Assembly (NCBI GenBank): GCA_002633005.1
Contig: NMRA01000039.1
Span: 1,220,335 to 1,284,334 of the forward strand
Reading direction: 5' to 3'
DNA: 64,000 nucleotides
DNA from: Phoronis australis
Taxonomy: Eukaryota; Animalia; Phoronida
A program made the position numbers and the translations under genes. How positions within the stretch are numbered: position 1 is the stretch's first letter; the number at the start of each line of letters is the position of its first letter. The notes beneath the pieces are model-generated. The model ran no database searches, was not told the DNA's origin, and was given only the letters and a program-made list of their open reading frames with translations. This document shows, piece after piece, positions 1 through 12,500 of this stretch.

Positions 1-536
1 GCCTGGTCTCTGGCCCTGCCGGAGCACACATGTCCGTTCTGTGATCTGCCACACTTATGAGGCAGCCAATAAAAAATAGATGTTCACTANTATTTTGTCT
101 AACATCCGAACGCGATAACAAGGGATGATGAAGTTCATTTTGATCATTTACTGAATGGAAGGGTTTCAACAATTCTAAACTTTACTCCCATCACGATAAA
201 TTTCCGCCATTGTCGCAAAAAACGCGCTCAAGTTGGAATTATTTTCTAACGTGATAAACTTGAATGAAATGTCTCGGTTGCTCGTACCTTACGAATGTTC
301 AAAAAACAAGTGGGATGCGTTGCGTAGACCAAAGACAATTGCGAGAAAATCTCGGCTTGTAAGTTGTAGTGCATAGCCGGATACCTCGCGAAGACATTGG
401 TTATCTAGCGTTTTCGCGATTTTCTTGGATATACGGAAAACAGGCCTGCCTGGTCTCTGGCCCTGCCGGAGCACACATGTCCGTTCTGTGATCTGCCACA
501 CTTATGAGGCAGCCAATAAAAAATAGATGTTCACTA
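1..536. repeat. 89-bp exact direct duplication (1-89 and 448-536) next to an N; likely assembly overlap or tandem unit
   Basis: GCCTGGTCTC...GATGTTCACTA occurs identically at 1 and 448; an N sits at position 90, right after the first copy. Confidence 0.8.
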
Positions 537-789
537 ATTTATCAACAAATGACATTTTTAGCTGTTTTGGACTTTTTTAAATTGTAGACAATGGAAACAG
601 CCGCTCGTTTTTCTTAATAAATGTCAGTTGGAAGCCCGTCCAAATATAATAACAGAATCCCTATATACGTATGTTTTAACAAGTCAAAATAAAAAGTAGT
701 GCAGGAAGTCTGGTACACATTGCATCAGAACGTGCGCAGTCCGTTCAGTCGGGTCCATTACACAAAACACATGAAACTGTGTTAATAAA

Positions 790-2740
790 TTTATTTATAT
801 AAACAAATACACATTATACACAAATTTAGTCCAAGATAAGGACCTAAACACCTAGCAGTGGGTCCAAGGCTAGGAAGTATTATTTTGTCAACATTACTCA
901 CCAGTTGCAAGGAAGTTTATGAAATGTTTCGTAAGTAGAGCGGTCAGAGTTTTGAACAACCGAATCCTGTTATCGATTAGGTGCACAGTTGTTCCCTTGT
1001 CTGTGTGGTACTTAGGTAACCCCGGCCACTGTGGGATAACGAAGAAGTTTCCCCCAAAACCCTCGCAAAAGTTACGCTTTCAAAAATCGTTTGGTGAAAT
1101 GGATAAATGATTATGTTAAAGAGACACTATAGCACCATAGATTTCACGACCGACAAACGCAGTTTTGATCTTATCGTTGGATGAGACAGACTTGTCGAAG
1201 TTAATAGTTGTGACCAGAGCTTTAAAACAAAAAGATCTGTTGTATTTTTGTGATTTTAGTAGAAATCGGAAATTCTCGCTGTTGTCTGGCAGACATTCGC
1301 TGAAATTAGGGCCTGTCAGTGACTTCACCAGTTATAAATACCCATGAGGTGCCCTGTGCCATTTATCGAATGAGATTTAACATCTTCAGCAGAGCGTTTG
1401 ATTGCAATCACTGTAGCAGGTTCTAATTCGCGCTGAGGCTAATTTCAGAAACCCATTTTCTCCCCGATTATTTGATATTCCTGCTGAAGGAAACGTCGCC
1501 AGCATAGTAGTTCTTCAAAAGACGACAATGTTATACGAGATTGTTAATTTCATTCTTCCGCCACTCGCCTCTGTTCAAAATTGGGCCGCATATCCCCCTA
1601 CATCAGTTTCTTTGTAGAACTTGGGCCATATCCTGTTGCGTACAGGGCCCCAGTGAGTAAATCAGATGCTGTCTAGTGCCTAAATGTAGTCTCAAGCTTG
1701 CATTGATAAACCAGCGCTATGCAAAGTCCGATAAATAAAAACTTCTAACAACAAATTGTCACCCGCCCGTATGTCTCTATTTGCTGATCATCTATTTGTT
1801 TCCAACGAACGAACGCGTGTGCGTGTCAAGCGGTGATCGTTAATATTTACTCTTATCCAACCGGAAAAAGCTTCCTAATGATTTTATGATCTGTTTGGGC
1901 TATATATATCGAATCTAACTCTCACCATGTGAAGGTCCTCTGCAACGATGATGATAGTGAAAATTGGTACCTGTAAACGTAACCGAAAGTAAGTCGGCGG
2001 AACATCAGGTACTCCACAATATCCTTAGCTGCTGTGAGTAATATGACCATCATCGACTTCCGTAATGATTAGTAAGTTTACCTCAATATGGCGTAATAGT
2101 CTCAGTTGTCCTAGTCCTTAAGATCGGAGGTTTCATTTGTAAATTACATTCGCCCAATACCCACTTTGTAGCCTTTTCAATAGTGCATTTCCATGTTTTA
2201 CCTATGGTCGCCATTAAAATGTGCAAGCTTTTAGGCATATGTTTTTGTATATTAAGTTGCGATTAAATTCGAATTAACCTGTAACCGCCTATGCGAAACA
2301 TTCGTGTAAAGTGAAGAAGCAAAATTTGACAGCATGAGAGTGAAGATTGAGTTATCCGCTTAAAAATGTTAGCATGTTATCAGAAAGTGCGATTGCGTGT
2401 TGTTTTATGCCTGGTTTCTCTGGATACGAAGCTTCGCGAAAAAAGTGGAAAAATATTCCACAGACTTCCAGATGAATCAGGAGTGCTTCGAAAGTGGTTA
2501 GAAAAATAGTGTAAAATGTATTGTAAACAACTGTGTATTTCATCGTTTCTCAGAGCAATGGGGGCAGTGAACATGAACATTTGACGTCACGACTAAAGAT
2601 ATCAATGATCGGATACCTGGCAAGGGGAAATAGGTAGCAGGCGTAGTGGTGGGTATTGACAACAACAATTTCCCTGACAATCATTTGAAAAAAAAAACGT
2701 TTTCAGGTACATTCGAAGCTTTGTTTCACGACTCGATTTT
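790..2740 (-). mobile_element. Highly decayed CR1/L2-type LINE, 3' portion (RT remnant and 3' end)
   Basis: Minus-strand fragments occur in RT order: IVVVN (cf. RQxVVVNG), a degraded GVPQGS-like stretch, SDNMLTF (cf. WxxDNxLxFN), EKATKWVLG (cf. QRRATKWILG), then an AT-rich AATAAA tail near 790. Many stops and frameshifts; boundaries approximate. Confidence 0.5.
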
Positions 2741-2973
2741 GGGATGGTTGCAAAATCAGTTCAAAACATTCAATCAATACACCCCATTCAGTGTATAAAA
2801 GGGTGTGTCCCAAAAATAGTCACATTTCCTAAACAGTGCTCAGTTCACCTTTAATATATATACTATTTGTATCGGCTGCTCCCCTGCATAACTGTCTATT
2901 AAAATTTGACTTTCATTTGACCTTCCATTCGGCGCTACATTGGGCTTTAAGATTAATCGAAACTATGAAGAAT

Positions 2974-3135
2974 CAGGCCCGTAGCCAACTGATATTTTGC
3001 AAACGTCGACACTGTCACAGCTTAATTAGGGGGCTCTCAGCTCTACGTTCCTGAGGTAAGACGGAATTTGTAATATACTAGAAATCGGGATGCCGTGACA
3101 ATTGCTCGCAAAGAACGCAGCTCAAATTTGGGTGT
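2974..3135 (+). mobile_element. Left-end fragment of the CAGGCCCGTAGCCA non-autonomous DNA transposon family
   Basis: Shares the terminus and the internal CTCTCAGCTCTA...AAGACGGAATTTGTAATA with 15958-16200. Confidence 0.7.
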
Positions 3136-3164
3136 AATGTGGCTCAGAAAGTACCTGTGAAAGT

Positions 3165-4265
3165 GTCGCGCGATTTACGACCGAGATTTCGTTAGTATTT
3201 TAGGATCGAAATTATTATATTCAATGAGAAATTGGTTTGTGAGCTCTGAAGTAGTTGTGCGCTCGTAACTTTAAACTCATTTTTTTCGCTCGTAGTTTCA
3301 CGTCCGAAGTTTACGCTCGCGTTTTCGCTCGTAATTTTACGTTCGCAATTTCAAGCTCGTACTTTTCAGACGTTATGAAATATTCAGAAAGTAATATCTC
3401 AGGTGCAAAGTGTGTAAGTGCAAAAGGTTGAAAATATCAAAGACTGACTGAAAAGTTTTTACTTGCTGCCCTAACCATCCCAGGCACATGAAGTGGTCCC
3501 TTTTAGTGCATATTCATGTGCCAAAATGTATATGTAACAAGTTGTCTGACAATGCTTTTATATGATTTCTTAAAATAACCAGGCCAAGCTTCATTCTTTT
3601 ACTCTTAACAATAGGAGGAGGCAGTGTGGCCTAGAGTGGTAAGTGCCCGCTTTCTTTACTCGAGGTCGTGGGTTCGAGTCCCACAGGACCATTGCTAAGC
3701 TCTTGAGTCAGGTTTCAAGGTCCTCAGCTCGGTTTTAACAGTATTAAAAATGGTTCCACGTGATCAGTGCAATACGTCCACATGCGCGGCCTGCGCGCGT
3801 CTGGTACAACGTGTATCAGACCGCCTGCAATTATATTTTTACTCTGAACAATGCGTGCAGATGACAAATGACATTGCAAAAAACATTGGTTCAAAACCGT
3901 TTCAGGGGGTTATGCTGTAAAGTTTCTAAATGTTGTTGGTAAATCACTCACTCTTTATTCAAGACATTTGAATAACAAACCATTTTCATAACAAAAACAA
4001 TATCAGTTGCGTATTAATTTAATGGTTGGTGGTCTCGTACTTGAATATAATGACTATACTTGCTAAAATTACGAGCGAAAAATACGGTCGCAAAACACGA
4101 GCTAAGTCTTGGCCATAATCACGAGCGTGATTGTGGACGAACGATTTCGATCTTAAAACACGAGCGAAGTCTCGATCGTGATCACGAGCGAAATTATGGA
4201 CGAACAATTTTGGTTTTTAAACAAGCGCGACACCTTAGTCGTGATTGCAAGCGTAATTACGGCCG
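3165..4265. mobile_element. Foldback-type element with arrays of GCTCG/CGAGC subterminal repeats
   Basis: Left arm (3240-3365) has repeated TTTCGCTCGT; right arm (4065-4260) has the reverse-complement ACGAGCGAAA repeats. Confidence 0.6.
3616..3745 (+). mobile_element. tRNA-derived SINE head
   Basis: A-box-like GTGGCCTAGAGTGG and B-box GGTTCGAGTCC, but no intact anticodon arm. Confidence 0.6.
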
Positions 4266-5759
4266 CCTTTCGCCGAGACGCCTATATTGATATAGGAATG
4301 CCCCGCCTTTCGACCGCCATTTGGCGAGGCCCTCTATATTAATGTAGGGCCTCGCTTTTGAGTCCCGAAATTAAATTTTTTGCCTATGTCATTTTAATAA
4401 GAAAAAGTAATTTTATAATTAATATAAGGGCATTTGTTTCAGTTTACCCTCTTCATGCACTGTCCTACGGTGTGTCGATAAAACAATCTATGTTTTTTGT
4501 TTTTCAAATGTTTATTAAGAAAAATATTATGTTTTTTGTGTTCAGTAATTAGAGTTAACTGCAAAAAAGTGTCAGACAGTATTTGATTTCAGAGTATATA
4601 CTGGTACACGAGTAGGTAATTATTTCGATGAATATTTCATTGTAGTCCCCTACTTCAACCCAGTACCAATTCTATTCATTTCGCACACAGACAAATATTC
4701 ACGTCGACAAAGCGTAATCACAGACATGTTGGAAAATTGATGGTTATGGCAATAGCACAGATAAGCCTATGTATGCGGGTATATATATAAGGCTGGAACT
4801 ACCAAAATTCGGCGAATGCACTATTCATAGCTGTGAACGTACCCCTTTTAGTAATAGGTCCAAATTCTCAAAAATTCTAGACTCCTATTTTTTAAACTGG
4901 GTGCGCGCATGTGTAAGATTGCTATTATTATGATTATTATTATTACAGCAACTGAAATCAAGACTCACTTCTGAAACACTAGGCTGTCACACAAGGCCGC
5001 CGCCTACGATTATGGCTCGAACCTCAGAACCTAGTGATTCACTTAAGAACTACACGTTATCTACGCGTCACAAAATATAAATACCGGGTACACCTTAAGT
5101 AAACATTATGATGTCAGTGAATGACGTAACAATGAAATGTTCAACTATGTTTCAACTCGAAAGTAACAACATAAGTTCAAGCACAGCAAAATTTCCGTTC
5201 CTTGGGTCATGCATAAAACGAGTGCTGATCGGTTCTACCCCATACCCTTCTATGAGGGGGCAGTGAACGTGGATTATCGTATGTACGTAATTTTTACTTG
5301 TTTTGAAATGTTCATCGGCTGCGAAGCCATCTTTTGAGGAGGGGGGAGGGGACACATCCACCGGTAGCGCAAGACAAGGCGAACACGTTTGGATAAAATA
5401 AGAAGTCGACTATCTTTCAACACGTCGTATGTAGATTGTTTTTTAAATCGAGGGAAATTAAACAAGATTTTTTTTAAAATGTGGGATCCCGACACCCGCG
5501 CAACCCTTGCCCTCCGCAGTTGATGTTTACGTAAGATTGCCTCCCGTTACACTGCATGTGCTTCCCGCCTAGATATCAATGTAATTAATCTTTCCGAGTT
5601 CAAGACAGACGAACACATTTTATCAAGGTAAGACCAGGAGCAGGTTTATCTGCCTTTACAGTTAGACCCTAAAGAGTTTGTAGACCCCACTTCGTTCAAA
5701 AACAACTTTTGATTTAGACCTATTATCGTTAAAAATGATTTCAAATTGTTTCTTAGACA

Positions 5760-5845
5760 GCTCATTATTGCTTGAGACCTGCCTCTACAAGTTGACTTGT
5801 CACGTGTCATTTTATGCGCCGAGCACGGTCTCACGGAATAGCAGA
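5760..5845 (+). repeat. Dispersed repeat (copies near 27300-27350 and 48415-48500)
   Basis: CATTATTGCT.GAGACCT.CCTCTACAAGTTG.CTTGTCACG...TCATTTTA..C.CCGAGCA is shared with the 48415 copy; the 27300 copy is a partial match. Confidence 0.7.
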
Positions 5846-6289
5846 CGATCTTTTCTCCGCAAGTCCAGAAACCACTTCTCATCCGAGTAAGGAATGAGCT
5901 GAGAACAAATATTTAGGGCTCGTAATGAAAAATCTCTCCTCAAAAAACGCGAGTTTGTAGCGGCTGCAAGTAAAGTCAAGAAGGACTTTTATTACAGCAA
6001 GAGAGTGAAACTGAATTATCCGCAACAGCACTGTAGTTGACGACTTATTTTTGATTTGAGAGCAAGTAATTAACTAAAGAATATAGCAGTGGATGAAACA
6101 TATTATGAAAACAAACATTTTAGCAGCTGCGGATGCGCCGTGAAACGTAGGCTCACATCCCTACGTGTGAAAAATATCTTCCCAATCTTCCAATTATAAA
6201 CGCAGTAGGGTGCGCTCATGCGTCAGTTTTGATAGGGTTGAGTGCTCGGCTTCCCAAGATGTAATTCTGTCAACGAATTAGTATTCTCA

Positions 6290-6480
6290 TCTGTGGGGCT
6301 CGGGATATCGAGATCCTGAGATAATGAAGTTGACATCTCGAGATCCTGAGATGGTTATGTTGGTATCTCGAGATCCTCCCGAGGTAATTATATATGGCTC
6401 TGAAGACCCTGGCATAATCGTCTCAAGATTACGAGATTCTGAGCTAATTATCTCGAGATCACGAGATAATCAAAAGAGAA
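6290..6480. repeat. Cluster of TCTCGAGAT palindromic repeats (MITE-like)
   Basis: About 7 degenerate copies of (T)CTCGAGATC(C)TGAG. Confidence 0.55.
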
Positions 6481-6547
6481 ACACGAGACGTTCTTTCCCA
6501 GGCGCCATAAGTTGTATACAAGCATGACTGTCTTTTTCAGATTTAAT

Positions 6548-9500
6548 ATGACGTCAGGAGGTGGGGATTCACTGAGACTGTCACCTCAAAAAGACAAACG
6601 GAAAGAAGGAAAAGAAGAAGGTTTGAATTCATTTGCTTTCTTAAATGGCCAGTGCGAAGAATTGCACATTTCAATTTAATTAGCTCGAAACTTCGTTTTG
6701 GTTTCAATACAAGCTAAATGTCACTGGGTGGCAAATGCCGGATCAAAGACGCCTAACTCATGCACGACAATTACGTGCGACAAACGATCTCTATCTTAAC
6801 GTTTTCGATTGTGGTGTATGGTTTATTGTACCATTTCAGAAAAGCTTATTCGGCGAACTACTTGGGTTCACGACCTAGAGACAGACAATTGCTATCGCCA
6901 AGTGGCCATCGTTATATCATCGATATCCGTGGTCGTTACAATAGTTATGGGTGTCACCTCTTTTGGTAAGTCGCAAATATTACGGATTAAGTTTGTCATT
7001 TGCGCTTCAGTTTTAAAAAGGTTGCTTTTTACGATTATATAAATTTGTGAGCGTGTTGACTCAGTGCTACCTTTCCAAGCTTTCATTTTACAAAACGGCT
7101 GTAATTCTTTTATAATATTGTTTCGAGTCGGTTTGTGCCTTGTCAAATGTGAACAGCGCCCTCTATTCAAAGTTTGTGCTCGACTCCTTTCAAAATTTGC
7201 TGCAATAGAAGTTCAGGGTAAAAGGTATAAATTCTGTGGCACTTGTTTTACCGAGACAATTTTGGCCAGGTTTGATATTTTTTTGCGAAACTGCTTCATT
7301 AAGATTTTTTACGTAAGCACATTGGTCTAGTATGTCTGGACCATCACTGTGGGTGTAACGGTGAGGGACAAACATTTTTGAATCAACAATAACTTAGTAT
7401 GGTACTCTGCATTGGTTCTGAAATTTTCATTTTAGAGCTCGTGAAGAATTCTTTCAGTTGTCATATAAAACTGACCCGAAATCTTTTCCTACACCCATAT
7501 ATTTCGAATCAAACTTTTAAGTAGCCAACGTAAAATATTTCTAAATTTCAGTATTGGGTCTGTTGTCTGAAAGTGTTGCAACATTTGGGTTTGCGGTGAG
7601 TTAATTGCTACATCTTCAGTGTCGTCATTTGGAATTGACCTTCTCATGAATAGCGAAAATCGATACGCCCGCATCATATTTATGGGCTACAAGCCTCCAG
7701 GAAGTGTCAGGCAGACGATTGTCTGGCGTGCGTTCAGTAACGCTAGGACCTAGCTAAAATCTAGCCAAAGTGACGTGTTCTCATTTAAAATACACGGCAA
7801 TATCTCACGAAATCTCGCGAAGTCTTGCTTTTAAGCGAGGTCCTAGTGTTACTGAACGGGAGGCTGTGAACTGACAGATGCTACACAGGTGACAATTTCA
7901 AAGAGTACAGGGCTGGTGTGCTATTGATGAGGATCGGAAGGTAGATTTTTCCCCTCACTCGGCGAAAAAATGCCCCTCTTACGAAGGCACACAAGCACCT
8001 TTCCTCGGATGAACGAGGCCCTGAAGAAACATGATAACTATGCTTGCTCTGTGCAGTTAACTGAAATTGAGCTCAAAAACGAGGTTATGCTTTGGACGAA
8101 CGAGTTAGGTGTTTTAATTTTAAAAATCAACTTGGTCCAGATTGATATTTGAAACCTAGCACATGAATGTTTATAATAATTACTAAAACCAAGAAAGTAG
8201 AATTGATGGTCAAATAATTACTTGTGAATGTGTGCAAGGGAGTGAATGAAAACCTGGATATAATGTGAAAGCGATTTCTGAGGCTGTGCTCGTTTTTTAT
8301 TTTTTTTCAAACTTTAAAAAATGGTCAAATAATTTTTATTTTCAATTACGAGCCTGGTTTTTTATTTTAATAAAAATAACATCACTTATTCCTTCAGATC
8401 AATAACGAATTACTTGTTAGTCCCGGTAGTCCCTACCTCACCAGGACATAGGCTATATGCTTGATGTTGGTATTTTTGATCAACAAATTAAACCAGATGT
8501 GACTAATTGCACATGATAGCAAAATGCGACGAGAGAATGTCGAATATATCTTCAACTGATCAACAATACAAGCAGATCATCTGGTTCGTGTAGAAAGCAT
8601 TTTTATCAACAATTTACAAGAAGAAACGTAACCCTGCATTCAGCATAATACCTAATCCGTAACACTACTGTGGCGATCGCCGCAGTTTGGTCATATTTAC
8701 TTTTCATGTTTCGAACATAGTTTTCCGAAAAAAATTATACCCTTTCATCAGACAACTCTTTGGTGCATTACCTTTTCTCTAAAGTATTTTTCTACGTCTC
8801 TGTGGTTAATTATCGACACATTTTTAAGATTTAATATCCTGGTTGGACTCGAAAGACCGGCCATTTACTCACGCAATGTAAATTTCCGCTTTGTTTATCG
8901 CAGTGAGCCTCGCTTTGAATATTTTAATATCCAAAGCGAGGCTCACTGCGATAAAATGTCCGCCGCGTGAGTTGGGTCTATAGGAATTAAAATTCCTCGT
9001 TGCACATTGTAATCATCAGAGTAGGTCGTGTTCAAAGCGGGATCCTCCTGAGCAAAATGGTAGACAATCCGATTGTGATCGCCAATATTAACAAGCTCAT
9101 TGTCAGCGTCCCGCTAATCTTTCCATGACTTAATGCAATCTACCAGGAAAGGCACACGTCGCCATCCGAAACACCTCGGGTGTTTTCGTAACCTCAACCC
9201 TCGTAGGTGAACGTTTTCTGTGCTTGTGCAAAAATTACGTCATTCACAGCAGCGGATTCAGAGGGTTCCAAGGGTGCCATGTCCCCCCTAAAATTCTCCC
9301 GGATTCCATTTGGCAGTTCGGGGGGGTGGGAATGTCTGACGGACAAAATCTCGGCTAATACTCTGCCCTGCTCCCCCCTAACTCAAAATCCTGGATCCGT
9401 CCCTGATTCAGGCAATCATTCATCAGTTTAAAAGTCACATGATGTGCCTTACTGAAGTCAGCAACGTTCACCTCCGGAGGCTACGAAAATACCAGAGGGC

Positions 9501-12500
9501 CCCTCGGGTTCGGGATTGTACATCACGTGTCGTCAACAGTCGAAGCAAATGTCCACGCCTAACATACACACGAATAGATCACCACGAGTGCAATGGCCGG
9601 CACATTGTACATTGTTCCGTCACAAAATTACCCTTTCGCTTTGGCCATTGCAAGATCTTTGACTGTAACAACCGATTCCTCACCAATATTTTGTCTTTCC
9701 CGCCAGTGCGGTGCTGTCTTGGATAGTCTAACTTCGAGCGTTGTCATATGGCGATACTGGGGCGCATCGACAGCGGTATATTCGTGGGATAGAGAAAGAC
9801 AGTAAGTGGATATATACTTTTTTCACTTTCTTAAAAGGATAATAAACCTTTCTTTGATGATTTCAACCAATCCTCGATGTATCACATGCTAATGCATTAT
9901 GAGCGTAAATCTTGAAAGATAAAAGCAGAAACTAAAAACTCAATACTGTGTCACAGATTAGGTATCATAGTACCGCTGGGTGGTCTTTCCGTCGTGTAAT
10001 TCGCTAAAACCGTAAGTCACAGTTGCCCAATGAACAGACCTTGCTAGTAAGCTACACCTTGTGGTACCGCACAATATAGAGGCCCTGGCAGGGCTCGCCC
10101 CCACAGGTGCTATTCAACCTGGCTAGGGGGGAGGCTTGAAAAGAAGGAATTGTTGTAACGACTAGGTCCACACACTTTTTCCTTTTATAGCGTGGGGCCC
10201 AAGAAACCTTGATCCGAGGATATCCAGACCCCTGAACCCCTTTCTAGATCCGCGGCTTCGTGTGTCATGTCTAAAATATATGAATCCGACATCACTAATC
10301 AGTGATCACATGAACAATATCAACATTGATTGCATCGTCACACTGTCTGTGTAAACAAAGCTATGTTTACACCAAAGGAAAACGTGTCAGGTTTCACAAG
10401 GCTATTGGTTATTACCGCCACATAATTGGCGGAAATAAGGAAGTAGATGTAAATTGGATGATATAAAATTCCAATCCTATCAAAATAAAACGAAATTAAC
10501 GAAGTTCATAAAATAATTTCAGTTTTCAAGAACTATCTACTCACTATGAGACTGCGATGGAAATGATCCTATTTAGAGATTACGTATTTAAAAATGATGT
10601 TTGTCAGGGGGTGAAAAACCAACTCTTATCACAGGCGTGCACCCTTACCACACACTGCAAAAACTTACCACACAAAAAACGTTTACCATGAACCTGAGCT
10701 CCAGCCACACTCAGACACTCACCGCAGTTTTTGAGCAAGAGACCGAAGTGCACGACCCAGTTTCTATTTGTTTTTTTTTCTAGGTCACTTGCACTAAAAA
10801 TTGTCAGTGGTAAGAGTGCCTAACTGTGGTTGGAGTTCAGGTTCCGTGGTAAGTTTTTGTGCGCGGTAAATGTTTTTGCCATGTGTGTAAGGGTGCGCGC
10901 TCGTGTTAAATGCTGGTATCCACCCCCTGCTTAGATGACAATCAGAAATGTATGCATCGTAGAATCAGAAATAATAACAGGAGTCGACTGAAACTACAGT
11001 AAATACAACTGCGATTGTATTTTTATTCTTGTATACTAGAAACGCGTGGCTACAAGGCAGATGATTAGCAATCAAAATATACTTGCTGGATTTTGGATCA
11101 ATTCACAGCACGACGACATTATTGTACTGCCACACACTGTTTCATAATGGACGTGAACCAAATTCTTGATCTTTCTCTTCAGAGCGTGTATTTCTCTTGG
11201 AATCCTTTTCACACTAACAACAACCGTCATACTGGTGAAAAGTATCGTTGCCTTGATCTTCGCTGAGAAACCGAAGAACGTGAGTGGTTGCGCTATTTCT
11301 CTAGTTGACATATAAACCATAATAGACACTTGCCTTGAGTTCGTGCTCAAGTATAACGGAGAATACTAAAACAATTTCAATATAGAGTAAAAAGGTTAGA
11401 CCCTCGACTCTGGTGTTGGAAAGAAGTGATATAGTGTCGATTGCTTGTGGACACGTTTAACGCATAAAATGACCCACCGGGTCAAACCAATTTTTCGGAT
11501 TGGATCTCGAGCAATTTTTAAAGACCTGTCACATTACTCCAAGTCCAGGAGTCATATCTGATCTTAGAGCGGACCAAAAGAGAATTTCAACGGTAGGTGG
11601 TTTAAATCTAAGGTTATTTTTTGAAAGAAGGTGCTGATAGCTATTATATAAGTAGTCGCCAGGACCGTAAAGTTGAATTTGTCTAACGCGTTTGTAAACA
11701 TCGGTGCAATTTAGAGCAAATCAAGAATCCTCCGCAACTAGAGATAGTGGATACTTAGAAGATATACAGTATTTGTGACGAAATAGAAATATAATCGCTC
11801 AAAGACAGGGGCGGATACAAGGTGTGAACTAGATATCAACACCAGAGGAATTCGGCAAAACTTTCCTTATAACACAGAGTCGCTGGTTACGATGATCCAT
11901 AAAAAATGGATGCCAAATAACAGATTAGTGCTACTGCACAGTTTTCCACCCTGTCGGCAAAAATCCTGGAATCCGCCCCTGAAATACTGATTTTGAGGGT
12001 CATATAGCGAAACGTCTGATCTTTGCTTATATGTAAATAGTAGACCCTGAATCTGACCGTAACAAGTTTTGTTCTTTCATTTCTATCAACGACATGGCGA
12101 AAAATGACGTCATGAAAAAGAGCTAGCCTACTTACGATCTCAGCGTGTGAGACAGACGATATATATTTTGCCCCCTGCAGGCATTACATGAGGTCATGTT
12201 GCGTTGTTTTTATATTCTGCAGGATCAAGTCGTTTGGATTCTCTCGCTAGTGAATGGTATCGCATGCACGCTGCTGGCGATCACAAAATATTGGCTGGGT
12301 ACCAAGTTACACAGCAGCGCGGTAAAAACTGACGGTGAGCATGTTTTTCTTCATGGCCGTGCGTGCATTACGTAGACGCGAGAACCTCATGAAAACCCAA
12401 GGCCATCCTAGACTTTGCGAAACATTGATATACAATACAAGAAAAGCCCGCGATCGCATTACCTTCGTTCGCAAGATTCTCACGTCTACGAAACTCAGAC

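Noticed and set aside
1-536. Biological direct repeat or LTR
   Set aside because: The exact copy ends at an N, which suggests a contig-join overlap.
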